Shown piece after piece: positions 1 through 9,806 of a stretch of 32,044 bases of DNA. Each line of letters opens with the position of its first letter. The stretch's first letter is position 1. The stretch lies in the sequence record SRR31156797_16013, one strand, 5' to 3'. Both the position numbers and the translations under genes were made by a program. The notes beneath the pieces were generated by a model. The model saw only the letters and a program-made list of their open reading frames with translations. It was not told where the DNA came from and made no database searches.

Positions 1-3
1 TTT

Positions 4-32
4 AAAAGCGATCATTTCTGGTCGCTTTTTTT
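4..32. terminator. Rho-independent terminator, probably bidirectional
   Basis: Stem AAAAGCGATCA / TGGTCGCTTTT (one G-U pair) with loop TTTC, T7 tract on the + strand, immediately after the stop codon of the minus-strand TonB receptor gene. Confidence 0.75.
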
Positions 33-2255
33 CTAAAACTTATATGATAATCTAATCCAATATGTTGGTTTTTCTAGCGCCGGTGTTCCATCAGAAAGAG
101 AAGCATCACCAGCATTACTATTCATTGGATACAATTGTTTCTGTGCTAGTGCATTTTTCACAGTAAATGATGCTTCGAAATGATCCCCCATGCTAATAAT
201 CCCACTAAAACTTAGAAGATGATTACCTTTAACAAGTTGGTCTATTGGTGAATACCATGAATAATAATACAAATAATTAGCTGCGAGAGATAAATTATCC
301 GTAAAATCAAACATTATATGAGCCCTCGAAACATTTTCAGGAAATGCCTTAAAGTTATCTTCTTCAGTAATATACATACTACCTTTTTGCTGATCATCTG
401 CGTTTAGTAACTTAACAAGCGAATGACTTGCACTCATTGATAATCTATCAATACTATAGCTAGCACACATCTCAAAACCCAACTGTTGAATAGCACCTTC
501 AGTATTTTTAAAATACCAGAATCCATTCCAGGTCCCAGGCACATCTGTTCCTATGGTAGGCATCTCATATTCAGAAGGATCCGCGTAAATAACACCTACA
601 TCAATTACATTCTCAATTTGATTAAAATAACCTACAGCTGAAATATTAAATTGATCATTCAACTTATAATCTAGTGCCACTTCAATACTATGCATTTTCT
701 CAGGTTTAACTTCATCTAAATCCTGGTTATAACCGGCAGTTAGATCATTAGCATCAATTGGAATATTAGCATTTCTAACTTTATTATAGTTATCCGCTCT
801 CAAAAAACCATCCCGCATATAGCCCCCACCATAGTGTAATCCAACAGCACCACGAAATCCTGCCTGATATGACACCCTGTATTTAAAATCATTATTTAAA
901 TCACCAAGTAATCCTATTCTCGGTGAAATATGATTACCCCAATATGGATGAATATCATATCTTAAAGCACCAAAAACACTAATGTTTTCTGTTAACTGAT
1001 AAAAATCCTCCAAAAATGCACTAAAAATCATGTATGAATCAGCATAACCCATAATATTATTTTTATTGGCACTATCAAGACGAGCTCTATTTCCTAATGA
1101 ATCTACAAATGCATTATCATAAACATTTAGGATAAAATTATTTCCATCAAAATTGTCCTGTCCAAATTGGTAAAAGCGTGATTCAAAACCTATGGCCAAT
1201 CTATTTCCCTCAAATAAGCCATCAAAATTTCCTATTACTTTATATCCACCTCTATTTTCTCTGGTACCACCCATAATCGGGCCATTAACTGAACTCAATG
1301 AAAAATTATCAATCGCTGCGTCAGCTGAAAATTTGATATTTAATTCTTCATTTATTTTTAAACGATACTCCGCCAAAAGAGAAATAAGTTGTTGTCCCAT
1401 TACATTTCTATCCCTGTAAAAATTATACAGATCATGCATATTATCAGCATACAATAAATTGACAGTAAGGTCTTTATAGAGCATATTACCCAAAAGCATA
1501 GTATTGTATGACCTTTTGAGTCTTGTACCTATATCAAAAACTTTGCCTCCCAAGTATCCATCATTATTTTGATCAGCAGACCAACCTTCATTGCGCAAAG
1601 ACTGCCCTTCATAATCAGTTTTAGAAAAATAAAAATAGCTCTGAAATTCTTCATCTTTATGCATTAACTCTGCAGTAAAGGTCTGGTATTTATCCTGACC
1701 AAGACCTAAATAGAGTTTACCCCCCATTTCATCATTAACCGATTGAATTGATTTACCATTTTTAGTAACAATGTTCAAAACTCCAAGTAAAGCTCCTTGC
1801 CCCAATGTTACGGAGCCAGGTCCACGGATCACCTCAATTTTTTCAATATATCCTATATTCGTAGAATTTAACAAAGCTGTTGGTGGGCCCCAAAACCACT
1901 CAGTATTCATATTTTGGCCATTTAAAAGAAATAAAACCTTAGAGTTGTTATCAGGAGCTAAGCCCCTAAAACCTGCTATCAAATCATCTTGATCCTCAAC
2001 CATAAAAAATCCAGGTACATAAACCATTATAGCTTCAGCTAATGTTCTGGCACCACTTAACTCCAATTGTTTTCTATCAATGATTGTAACACTCACAGGC
2101 TGTAACTCACTACTTTTCATCACATTCGAAGCAACTGTAACATCCATCAACTCATCAAATGACATAGCGTACAATTCTTTGAGTGTTGGAGATTCTTGCG
2201 CAAAACATTCAATACCAAAAATTATTGGCAATACCAAATACAATAATCTCTTCAT
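33..2255 (-). CDS. TonB-dependent outer membrane receptor (plug + beta-barrel)
   Basis: Signal peptide ending CFA|Q; plug motifs PVSVTIIDR, LNGQ and IEKIEVIRGPGSVTLG; barrel motifs ISPRIG and VKPEK; C-terminal YKF with terminal Phe. Confidence 0.92.
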   Translation of the reverse strand: MKRLLYLVLPIIFGIECFAQESPTLKELYAMSFDELMDVTVASNVMKSSELQPVSVTIIDRKQLELSGARTLAEAIMVYVPGFFMVEDQDDLIAGFRGLAPDNNSKVLFLLNGQNMNTEWFWGPPTALLNSTNIGYIEKIEVIRGPGSVTLGQGALLGVLNIVTKNGKSIQSVNDEMGGKLYLGLGQDKYQTFTAELMHKDEEFQSYFYFSKTDYEGQSLRNEGWSADQNNDGYLGGKVFDIGTRLKRSYNTMLLGNMLYKDLTVNLLYADNMHDLYNFYRDRNVMGQQLISLLAEYRLKINEELNIKFSADAAIDNFSLSSVNGPIMGGTRENRGGYKVIGNFDGLFEGNRLAIGFESRFYQFGQDNFDGNNFILNVYDNAFVDSLGNRARLDSANKNNIMGYADSYMIFSAFLEDFYQLTENISVFGALRYDIHPYWGNHISPRIGLLGDLNNDFKYRVSYQAGFRGAVGLHYGGGYMRDGFLRADNYNKVRNANIPIDANDLTAGYNQDLDEVKPEKMHSIEVALDYKLNDQFNISAVGYFNQIENVIDVGVIYADPSEYEMPTIGTDVPGTWNGFWYFKNTEGAIQQLGFEMCASYSIDRLSMSASHSLVKLLNADDQQKGSMYITEEDNFKAFPENVSRAHIMFDFTDNLSLAANYLYYYSWYSPIDQLVKGNHLLSFSGIISMGDHFEASFTVKNALAQKQLYPMNSNAGDASLSDGTPALEKPTYWIRLSYKF

Positions 2256-2355
2256 TGTATAAATATTTAGTTAATAGTTGGTGTGAGTAAATATAATAAA
2301 TTTACTTTATAAATAATAAATATAACGGTATTTGAATAGACTAAAATTCCTATAT

Positions 2356-3279
2356 CTATGCTTTTAAAAGGCTATTTATTTGGTTTATTTTTTCACTCAT
2401 AGTTAAAGTACCATCAATCCAATGAATTTTAATTCCATTTCGCTCCATTCGTCTAAACCAGGTTTTTTGTCTTTTCGCAAATTGATGAATGGCAATATTT
2501 AACCTTTCTACCATAGTATCATAATCTATTTTTCCAGTCAAATACCACGTTAGAAATTTATATTCAAGTCCGTATGAGACAAGTTTCTCTGGATCCACAC
2601 CCTGTTTCAATAAAGCTCTGGTCTCATCAACCATTCCCTCTTCTAACCTTTCATGTAACCTTTGGGTTATCCTATTACGAATAATTTTTCTATCAAAATC
2701 AGGTGCAATAACAAGTGATTTAATATTCGGCAATTCTGTTTCCTCAATATTATGCTCTTTATTAAATAATTCTATTTCAATGGCTCGAATTGCTCGAAGT
2801 TTTGTATCAACATCTGTTTTATTGTGCAATTTTTTCAGCCCGGAAAGCATTTCAGTGAGCTCCTCCAAAGTTTTCTCTTTCAGCTCTGCTCTCAGCTTCT
2901 CATTTTGGGGAACATCAAGTAATTTATACTGTTTTAATACTGATTCAACATACAGACCGGTACCTCCTGATAATATTGGAAATCGATTTCTTTCCTTTAT
3001 TTGATGATAAGCTTTATTAAAATCATTCTGAAAGTTAAAAACGCTATATGTTTCACCAGGTTCTTTTATATCAACCAGATGATATGGAATTTGAATACCG
3101 TCAACAATATAGTCAGCCAAATCTTTGCCGGTTCCAATGGTCATTCCCTTAAATACCTGCCTGCTATCAGCACTTATTATTTCACCATCTAACACTTTGG
3201 CCATACGTGCAGCAATCCCGGTTTTACCGGTAGCAGTAATTCCTGTTACTACAAGCATGTCATATTGAGAGAATTCCAT
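2356..3279 (-). CDS. miaA: tRNA (adenosine(37)-N6)-dimethylallyltransferase
   Basis: P-loop GITATGKT, IISADSRQ, IGTGKD, GGTGLY, FAKRQKTWFR. Confidence 0.92.
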   Translation of the reverse strand: MEFSQYDMLVVTGITATGKTGIAARMAKVLDGEIISADSRQVFKGMTIGTGKDLADYIVDGIQIPYHLVDIKEPGETYSVFNFQNDFNKAYHQIKERNRFPILSGGTGLYVESVLKQYKLLDVPQNEKLRAELKEKTLEELTEMLSGLKKLHNKTDVDTKLRAIRAIEIELFNKEHNIEETELPNIKSLVIAPDFDRKIIRNRITQRLHERLEEGMVDETRALLKQGVDPEKLVSYGLEYKFLTWYLTGKIDYDTMVERLNIAIHQFAKRQKTWFRRMERNGIKIHWIDGTLTMSEKINQINSLLKA

Positions 3280-3291
3280 ATCTTTTTAATG

Positions 3292-3299
3292 CAAAGATA
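3292..3299 (-). promoter_or_regulatory. Bacteroidota sigma-70 -7 element for miaA
   Basis: TATCTTTG on the minus strand (TAnnTTTG consensus), 12 nt upstream of the miaA ATG. Confidence 0.7.
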
Positions 3300-3342
3300 A
3301 AGCTGAATGACAAACAACCATTATTTATAAGCACTTTAAAAT

Positions 3343-3350
3343 TATATTTG
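3343..3350 (+). promoter_or_regulatory. Bacteroidota -7 element for the ArnT-like gene
   Basis: TATATTTG about 32 nt upstream of ATG 3383. Confidence 0.65.
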
Positions 3351-3382
3351 TAAAAATTTTAATTTCCTAAATACAATTAAAC

Positions 3383-5029
3383 ATGCAAAAAAGGTTGTTG
3401 ATTGGCTTAATTCTAATAGTTTTAGTTGCCGGGTTATTATCTCATCTGGGATTTCTAGGCCTAAGGGCTGAAGAACCTCGTAGAGCCATTGTAAGTATCG
3501 AGACATTCGAAAATGGAAACCTTATAGTTCCAACCATCCACGAAGAGACATATTACAACAAACCTCCTTTGTATAACTGGATCATTGCTTTTTTTTATTT
3601 AATCTTTCAATCATTTGATGAATGGGTAGTAAGACTTCCAGGAGTTTTATTCTTTTTACTTACAGGATTAATTACCTACCGTTTCACATCAAAATCTATT
3701 GATAAAGAACATGGAATATTAGCAGCATTACTATTTCTTACGAGTGCAGATTTACTCTTTTATGGTTCAATTAATGCAGGTGAAATTGATTTATTCTACT
3801 CTTTTATAGTCGTTTGGCAGGCTTTCATCATCTTTAGCTTCTTCCATAAAGGAAAGTACCTTCAGATGTTTTTATTTAGTTATATCTTAACATTCATTGG
3901 ATTATTTACTAAAGGTGTTCCCTCATTGGCATTTCAAGCTTTAACTATTCTGGTTTTATTTATTTATTATAAAAAATGGAAGCTACTATTTGGCTGGCAA
4001 CATATTTTAGGAATATTATTATTTGTAGCACTTACAGCAGGTTTTCTCTACTTATACGACGCAAATGGAAATCTATCCGGCTTTTTAACAAAGCAATTTG
4101 ATGAATCATCAGACAAATCATTTAACGAGGGATCAATGTATAGTATCTTCTCAGGTATATTTAAGTTCCCATTGCAATTTTTAATAATTGCTTTACCCTG
4201 GACATTGCTTCTACCCTTGGTTTTTCTTAAAAAGATCAGAGAACAAGTTAAAAAAAACAAACTCATTACTTTCTCAATAATTTTTATTCTGAGTAATATT
4301 TTAATCTATTGGATCTCTCCTGGTGTTCGGAATAGATATCTTTATATGTTCATTCCTTTTCTCACCATTATAATTGCAAGGATATTATTTGCTATCAGAG
4401 ATAATCTAAAAACAAAATCACTATATGAAAAATGGATTCCTCAGGTAGGAATTGTCATGTCCATAGCTGCACTGTTAGTTTTTCCGTTTTTCAATAAAGT
4501 TAGTCAGCATGCAGAATACAAATGGCTATTCATAGCAATCTTTGTTATTATTTTCATTTTTATTTTGGCAATTGCACACAACAAAAAACAAATGGGTTTG
4601 CTACTTTTCATTTTGGTTATAGGCCTCGGGCGAATTTGGTTTAACTATATGATTTTACCTTATTTAGAAAGCAGGTCAAATGGAATTTACTATGAAACTC
4701 ACATTTCTAATATCAATGCTATTACGAAGAAAGACAAAGTGTATTGGACAGGACAACCATACTTTGAAGAGCCTGAATTACAACTGTTTGGAATCAACGT
4801 AGAAGGTTCTAAATATTTCATACCACCACTTTTACCTTATGCATTACCTTATTACCAGTATGTACAGTCCGGACATTTGCTCACATATGATTCTGTACCA
4901 ACAAAAGACAGATATTATTTAGGCGCCGATACTCTTATTCAGGTTTCACATATTGATACCTTATATCAGTTCAAAGAAAAATGGAAAGGCAGAAACCTTA
5001 TCCTCTTTAAGCTTAAAAATGGCAGATAA
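3383..5029 (+). CDS. ArnT/PMT-family (GT-C fold, GT83/GT39-like) polyprenyl-phosphate-sugar transferase
   Basis: EEPRR acidic loop, YYNKPPLYNW, VVRLP, LFTKG, about 12 predicted TM segments. Confidence 0.85.
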   Translation: MQKRLLIGLILIVLVAGLLSHLGFLGLRAEEPRRAIVSIETFENGNLIVPTIHEETYYNKPPLYNWIIAFFYLIFQSFDEWVVRLPGVLFFLLTGLITYRFTSKSIDKEHGILAALLFLTSADLLFYGSINAGEIDLFYSFIVVWQAFIIFSFFHKGKYLQMFLFSYILTFIGLFTKGVPSLAFQALTILVLFIYYKKWKLLFGWQHILGILLFVALTAGFLYLYDANGNLSGFLTKQFDESSDKSFNEGSMYSIFSGIFKFPLQFLIIALPWTLLLPLVFLKKIREQVKKNKLITFSIIFILSNILIYWISPGVRNRYLYMFIPFLTIIIARILFAIRDNLKTKSLYEKWIPQVGIVMSIAALLVFPFFNKVSQHAEYKWLFIAIFVIIFIFILAIAHNKKQMGLLLFILVIGLGRIWFNYMILPYLESRSNGIYYETHISNINAITKKDKVYWTGQPYFEEPELQLFGINVEGSKYFIPPLLPYALPYYQYVQSGHLLTYDSVPTKDRYYLGADTLIQVSHIDTLYQFKEKWKGRNLILFKLKNGR

Positions 5030-5040
5030 AACGGGTATTA

Positions 5041-5952
5041 CTATTCTGTTTTGTTTTCAGAGTCAGCCTCCGGAATTTCCTTTTTATTATCACCATCATA
5101 AATGGGTGGCCTAACAAAGAAATAAACACCCGAAAAGTTCACAGTGATAGTTATAAAATATATTGATAAAGCCAGAGCTACAGACACTTCAGGATCTAAT
5201 CCAAACCATTTTGCTCCATATAGAAATACTAATTCTCTTAATCCCACACCACCAATAGAAATTGGAATTATAATAGCAATAGATGAAAGTAAGAAGATAA
5301 ATAAATAGCCTGGATAATGGTCAACTACTTGAAATGCAACCAATACCAGAAAAGCTGTCAATATTTGACCTCCCTGCACGAAAAGAGATAAGGCTGATAT
5401 TCTAAAAAACTCTTTTTTATATGATTTGAATAAAATTATTACAATAACCCACAAAGCAACATATGCAACAGGAATTAAGGCGATATACCACTCTTGGAGC
5501 GGTAATACGTAAGGCATAAATGCTGTAATAAATATGGCTAAAACAAGAATTGCATGTACGCCACTACCACGATCCAAAATTACTGCACCTAATGCTTTTT
5601 TTGTATTCACATTGGTATTCCTTTGAATCCACCATACCTTATATCCATCTCCACCTATACCACCAGGTAAAAAAGTATTATAAAACATGCATAACCAATA
5701 CAGCTTAAGGTTTAAAACATGGTTCATTCCAACTTTTATGGCATCAAATAAATATTTTAATCTAAATGCGGCAATTACTTTTGAAATAGCAAATGCTATA
5801 ATACCACCAACCAGTATGAATGGGTTTGCATTCCCAATGGTTTCAAAAACTTTCTTTCCATCAATTTTGGAGAAAACAAACCATAATGCCGCAACTACAA
5901 ACGCGACCTTAAAGGCCATTTTCAAATATTTGGTTATTTTATTCTTTTTCAA
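5041..5952 (-). CDS. UPF0104 / lysylphosphatidylglycerol-synthase TM-domain (flippase-like) protein; TTG start, alternative ATG about 5919
   Basis: FYNTFLPGGIGGDGYK, ILDR and PISIGGVGLRE motifs; polytopic. Confidence 0.85.
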   Translation of the reverse strand: MKKNKITKYLKMAFKVAFVVAALWFVFSKIDGKKVFETIGNANPFILVGGIIAFAISKVIAAFRLKYLFDAIKVGMNHVLNLKLYWLCMFYNTFLPGGIGGDGYKVWWIQRNTNVNTKKALGAVILDRGSGVHAILVLAIFITAFMPYVLPLQEWYIALIPVAYVALWVIVIILFKSYKKEFFRISALSLFVQGGQILTAFLVLVAFQVVDHYPGYLFIFLLSSIAIIIPISIGGVGLRELVFLYGAKWFGLDPEVSVALALSIYFITITVNFSGVYFFVRPPIYDGDNKKEIPEADSENKTE

Positions 5953-5972
5953 TTTGGGCTTTATTTTTTGAG

Positions 5973-5980
5973 CAAATGTA
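5973..5980 (-). promoter_or_regulatory. Bacteroidota -7 element for the UPF0104 gene
   Basis: TACATTTG on the minus strand 20 nt upstream of the TTG start. Confidence 0.6.
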
Positions 5981-6096
5981 AAACTTTATTCACAATTGTT
6001 ATATGAATATGGGGTGTTAAAACGATATGAACAAAAAAAACTACTGATAAAATCCACATATCATATCAAAAAAAGCCAATTACAAATCATAATTTA

Positions 6097-6104
6097 TATT
6101 TTTG
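6097..6104 (+). promoter_or_regulatory. Bacteroidota -7 element for the epimerase-GT4 operon
   Basis: TATTTTTG 16 nt upstream of ATG 6121. Confidence 0.6.
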
Positions 6105-6120
6105 CAAAAAACAATTGCGA

Positions 6121-7131
6121 ATGTCAAAAGTACTTTTAACCGGATCTGCCGGGTTCATAGGTTTTCATTTAGCCAAACATTTGATTCAAAAAGATTACCA
6201 AGTAATTGGAATTGATGAAATCAATAACTACTATGAAACCAGCCTCAAACTAGATAGGCTAAAGGAACTTGGAATTTCAGACCCTGTTTCAAATGAACAT
6301 TTAAAATCATCAATAGCTAATTTTTCTTTTCAGAAATTAAGTACTTATGATCGGGAAGCAGTTGAAGATTTATTTTCAAAGCACAAGTTTGATTATGTCA
6401 TTCATCTTGCAGCACAAGCCGGGGTTCGGAATAGCATAGATAATCCTTACGCATATACACAAAGTAATGTAGAAGGATTTTTACCATTGCTTGAAGCATG
6501 TAGGTATCATAAACCAAAACATTTCGTTTTTGCAAGCTCATCAAGTGTCTATGGGAACAGCAGCAAAATCCCTTTTAATGAAGATGATACTGTTGACCAT
6601 CCTATAAGCTTATATGCTGCAACTAAGAAAGCCAATGAACTAATGGCATATACATACAGTCATTTATATAATTTTTCTGTCACAGGACTTCGCTTTTTTA
6701 CAGTTTATGGTCCCTGGGGCAGACCAGATATGGCATATTTTAAGTTTGCAAAAGCCATTGTAGAAAATAAGCCCATTGATATATACAATAATGGCGATCT
6801 TAAAAGAGACTTCACATATATTGATGATATAACGAAAGGTATTGAAAAATTACTTAGCAAACCTTCTCAGGATCAGCCTTCATATGACATCTTTAATATT
6901 GGAAATTCATCTCCGGTAAAGCTTATGGATTTCATTTCCATTCTTGAGAAAAAGATAGGAAAAAATGCTATTAAAAACTATAAACCTATGCAACCCGGGG
7001 ATGTTTATGAAACCTATGCAAGCACCCAAAAATTAGATGAGAAAATAGGCTATAAACCAAACACAGAGCTTGAAACAGGATTAACCAAATTTGCAGATTG
7101 GTTTAAATCTTATTATAAAATAATTTTTTAA
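6121..7131 (+). CDS. NAD-dependent epimerase, UDP-glucuronate 4-epimerase type (CapI/LpsL/WbnF-like)
   Basis: TGSAGFIG, HLAAQAGVR, ASSSSVYG, YAATK, GPWGRPDMA, MQPGDV. ATG at 6121 preferred over TTG 6115. Confidence 0.88.
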   Translation: MSKVLLTGSAGFIGFHLAKHLIQKDYQVIGIDEINNYYETSLKLDRLKELGISDPVSNEHLKSSIANFSFQKLSTYDREAVEDLFSKHKFDYVIHLAAQAGVRNSIDNPYAYTQSNVEGFLPLLEACRYHKPKHFVFASSSSVYGNSSKIPFNEDDTVDHPISLYAATKKANELMAYTYSHLYNFSVTGLRFFTVYGPWGRPDMAYFKFAKAIVENKPIDIYNNGDLKRDFTYIDDITKGIEKLLSKPSQDQPSYDIFNIGNSSPVKLMDFISILEKKIGKNAIKNYKPMQPGDVYETYASTQKLDEKIGYKPNTELETGLTKFADWFKSYYKIIF

Positions 7132-7132
7132 C

Positions 7133-8296
7133 ATGCAGATAATCTACGTTCATACCGTTGATATAGGAAAACCATCTACGGCAATTAATTTTGTATTTTA
7201 TAATGCATTAGCTATTGCCAAGCAAGGAGTTGAAATTCATCTAATGTGTACAAATTCAAGTGATATTCCGGGAAAGGAACTACTTGAAAAACACTTTAAT
7301 GAAAAAATACCCGATAATTTACACCTACATGCTTTTCCTTATAAGAAAAAGGAGCATTTCAAGTTATACAAGAATGTATTAAGTAAGGTTAAGGAAATTG
7401 AAACAAATCAAACCATTTTCATTACAAGGACAATAGGTATTTTGCCGCATCTTTTTCTATTTAGTCGAAAAGGATATAAAATGAATACTTTCTTTGAACT
7501 ACATGATTTCTTTTACGATCTAAAACTGAAAAATGCACCCTCAAAAAATATTAATCCCAGAAAAAAAAGATATTACGAAAAACACTATTTCAAGCATACA
7601 AAAGGACTTATTTGTTTAAATAACGCCTATAAAGAGTTATATAGCAAATATTTCAACGAAGACCACTTACTTGTTTTTCATACAGGGTTAAATAAAATAA
7701 TAAAACCGAATTTAAATCGAAAGAACCAGGTAGTTTATACTGGAAGTGTGGACAATAATAAATATGCAATTGAGGATATATTTAAAGTTGCATCATTAAC
7801 TAATGAAAATATTCAATATAAAATTATTGGTGGACAAAATAAACAACAGTTAAATTTCTTAAATGAATTAGCTACAAAATATAAGGTTGAGAATAAATTA
7901 AAAATCATTCCATGGACTACAAGAGATAAAATATCCGAAATATTATCGGAGTCGAAAATTGGGATGCTTGCCTTAAGGAACACTTTTAGTAACAGACATT
8001 CCATTCCTCTGAAATTGCTTGATTATTATGCTCATGGTTTAGCCGTAATAGCACCTCCATACCATGCATTTGAAGAACTAATTACGGAAAGAAAACATGG
8101 ATTTTATTTAGATTGGGAATCTGAACATGAAAAAATTGCACAACAGATAGAGGCTGTATGTAAAGACGATGAAAAATTTGATCAATTTAGTAATAATGTT
8201 TATGCTAAAGCTGAGGATTTAACATGGAATAAAAGAGCACAAAAACAAATTGCTTATTTCAAATCCTTTTTAAACCACAATAGTCCATCAAAGTAG
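7133..8296 (+). CDS. Glycosyltransferase family 4 (GT-B fold)
   Basis: VVYTGS and the C-terminal PLKLLDYYAHGLAVI motif; starts 1 nt after the epimerase stop. Confidence 0.82.
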   Translation: MQIIYVHTVDIGKPSTAINFVFYNALAIAKQGVEIHLMCTNSSDIPGKELLEKHFNEKIPDNLHLHAFPYKKKEHFKLYKNVLSKVKEIETNQTIFITRTIGILPHLFLFSRKGYKMNTFFELHDFFYDLKLKNAPSKNINPRKKRYYEKHYFKHTKGLICLNNAYKELYSKYFNEDHLLVFHTGLNKIIKPNLNRKNQVVYTGSVDNNKYAIEDIFKVASLTNENIQYKIIGGQNKQQLNFLNELATKYKVENKLKIIPWTTRDKISEILSESKIGMLALRNTFSNRHSIPLKLLDYYAHGLAVIAPPYHAFEELITERKHGFYLDWESEHEKIAQQIEAVCKDDEKFDQFSNNVYAKAEDLTWNKRAQKQIAYFKSFLNHNSPSK

Positions 8297-8309
8297 TTTA
8301 TTAAAAGTA

Positions 8310-9800
8310 TTAAGGCTTTTTGTAAAATCTCTTTACAATTGGAAGTTTAGATAAATAAGGTTCAAATTCAGGTTGTAAATAAAGAAAAATGGCCAACGCA
8401 ATTAATGGAAACATTGAATTATAAGTAGTACCTCTCGCCGAATATATAATTATTGATGTAGCAGATAGTGGCATTGAAACAATCAAAATAATTAAATAGT
8501 TCCAAAGTTTCTTTTTCCATACAACATATAACACGTATAGCGCAAACCAGCCCAATAATGGAAGAGGCTGAGTAACTGTAAGTACCATTATAATCCTCAT
8601 TATCATAATATAAACAAGCCAGAAAGGATCGCTTTTTATATCAGAAAGTACTTTATCTTTAACAACTTGCTCATACTCCTCAATTTCATCAAACTTTTTA
8701 TAATAATATTTATTACTGTCATAATATAATCCGGTATGAAACTCATCATCATACGGAAGATCAATGCCATATTTGTCTTTTAACACAGGCACTGCATAAC
8801 GGTAAGCAACCTTATCATCCCATTCATAACCATATTTATAGTCCCAATCGCCTAAACCACAAAAAACCGGATGCCAAAACTTATGACCTGGAATTGTTGC
8901 GCCATTGTATGCGTTACCTCCTACCTTTTCAACAAACGTCTTTGTTTCAACAAACTTGGCATCGAAGTATTTTTGGATTTGATTTGACAGCAAATAATAT
9001 GAACTAAAAAGCAAAACAATAGAAATAAGTTTTAAAAATATATTCTTCCGAAATGCTAACAAATAAACAAGGAATGCAGCAACAATTACAACAACCACTT
9101 CATTTCTGATTTGAGCAGAAAAACCAATAATCAACCCAGTTAAAATCGGCATTAATATTACATCAATCCAGTTTATTTTTTTATTTAAAAGCCATTTTGA
9201 ATTAATCCCCATCAAGAAAATAAACGAAGCTCCCATAAGTCCAAAAATATTCTCATTTGTAAAAATCTCAAATAAGAAAAACGGACTAAAATTAGTGAGC
9301 AGCACAATTATCAATCCAAATAAAGGTTTCCTTGCTCTCCAAAAACCCCAGTATGCAATTGATAGCGATATCAAAAAAAACAGCGCATTGAATAGCTTAA
9401 CTGATGGATCTTTTGGACTCCCACGAACAAATGCAGAAGGTAGATAAGTAAATATCCTTGCATTTTCACCAAGTCTTGCCCAATGTTCATACTCCATCAA
9501 CAGACTATCCGGATAATTTAAAATTTGCTGCTCTGCTCCCGCCTTACTGTACTCAACAGTATCATTTAAAGTTAATAAGGGAAACAACCCCTTATAGTAA
9601 TAAAAATAGACAAATTTTTGAGCTTTTTCATGACTCAGTCCAACTGCATCTTTTCGACGCTGAACTTTTGGATAACCTGTAAAAGAAGTGAAAATATAAA
9701 TTACTGTATTAAAAGCAAATAAAAACAAGAGGACATATAATAAGCCTCTTCTTGACAATAAATAAGTGTTTGTTTTTTGAGTAATTAATTTACGAAACAT
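8310..9800 (-). CDS. Polytopic inner-membrane protein of unknown function, possibly a GT-C-type transferase
   Basis: About 9-10 hydrophobic segments and a large soluble loop (GHKFWHPVFCGLGDWD); directly downstream of the GT2 gene. ATG 9800 (TTG 9803 in the ORF track). Confidence 0.7.
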   Translation of the reverse strand: MFRKLITQKTNTYLLSRRGLLYVLLFLFAFNTVIYIFTSFTGYPKVQRRKDAVGLSHEKAQKFVYFYYYKGLFPLLTLNDTVEYSKAGAEQQILNYPDSLLMEYEHWARLGENARIFTYLPSAFVRGSPKDPSVKLFNALFFLISLSIAYWGFWRARKPLFGLIIVLLTNFSPFFLFEIFTNENIFGLMGASFIFLMGINSKWLLNKKINWIDVILMPILTGLIIGFSAQIRNEVVVVIVAAFLVYLLAFRKNIFLKLISIVLLFSSYYLLSNQIQKYFDAKFVETKTFVEKVGGNAYNGATIPGHKFWHPVFCGLGDWDYKYGYEWDDKVAYRYAVPVLKDKYGIDLPYDDEFHTGLYYDSNKYYYKKFDEIEEYEQVVKDKVLSDIKSDPFWLVYIMIMRIIMVLTVTQPLPLLGWFALYVLYVVWKKKLWNYLIILIVSMPLSATSIIIYSARGTTYNSMFPLIALAIFLYLQPEFEPYLSKLPIVKRFYKKP

Positions 9801-9806
9801 CAATAT

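Noticed and set aside
5977-5994. TGTAA-N8-TCACA as a second CRP-like site
   Set aside because: Spacing is 8 rather than 6 and it overlaps a -7 element that already explains part of the sequence
7561-7568. A8 homopolymer in the GT4 gene as a phase-variation tract
   Set aside because: Short poly-A runs are common throughout this AT-rich window and the frame is intact
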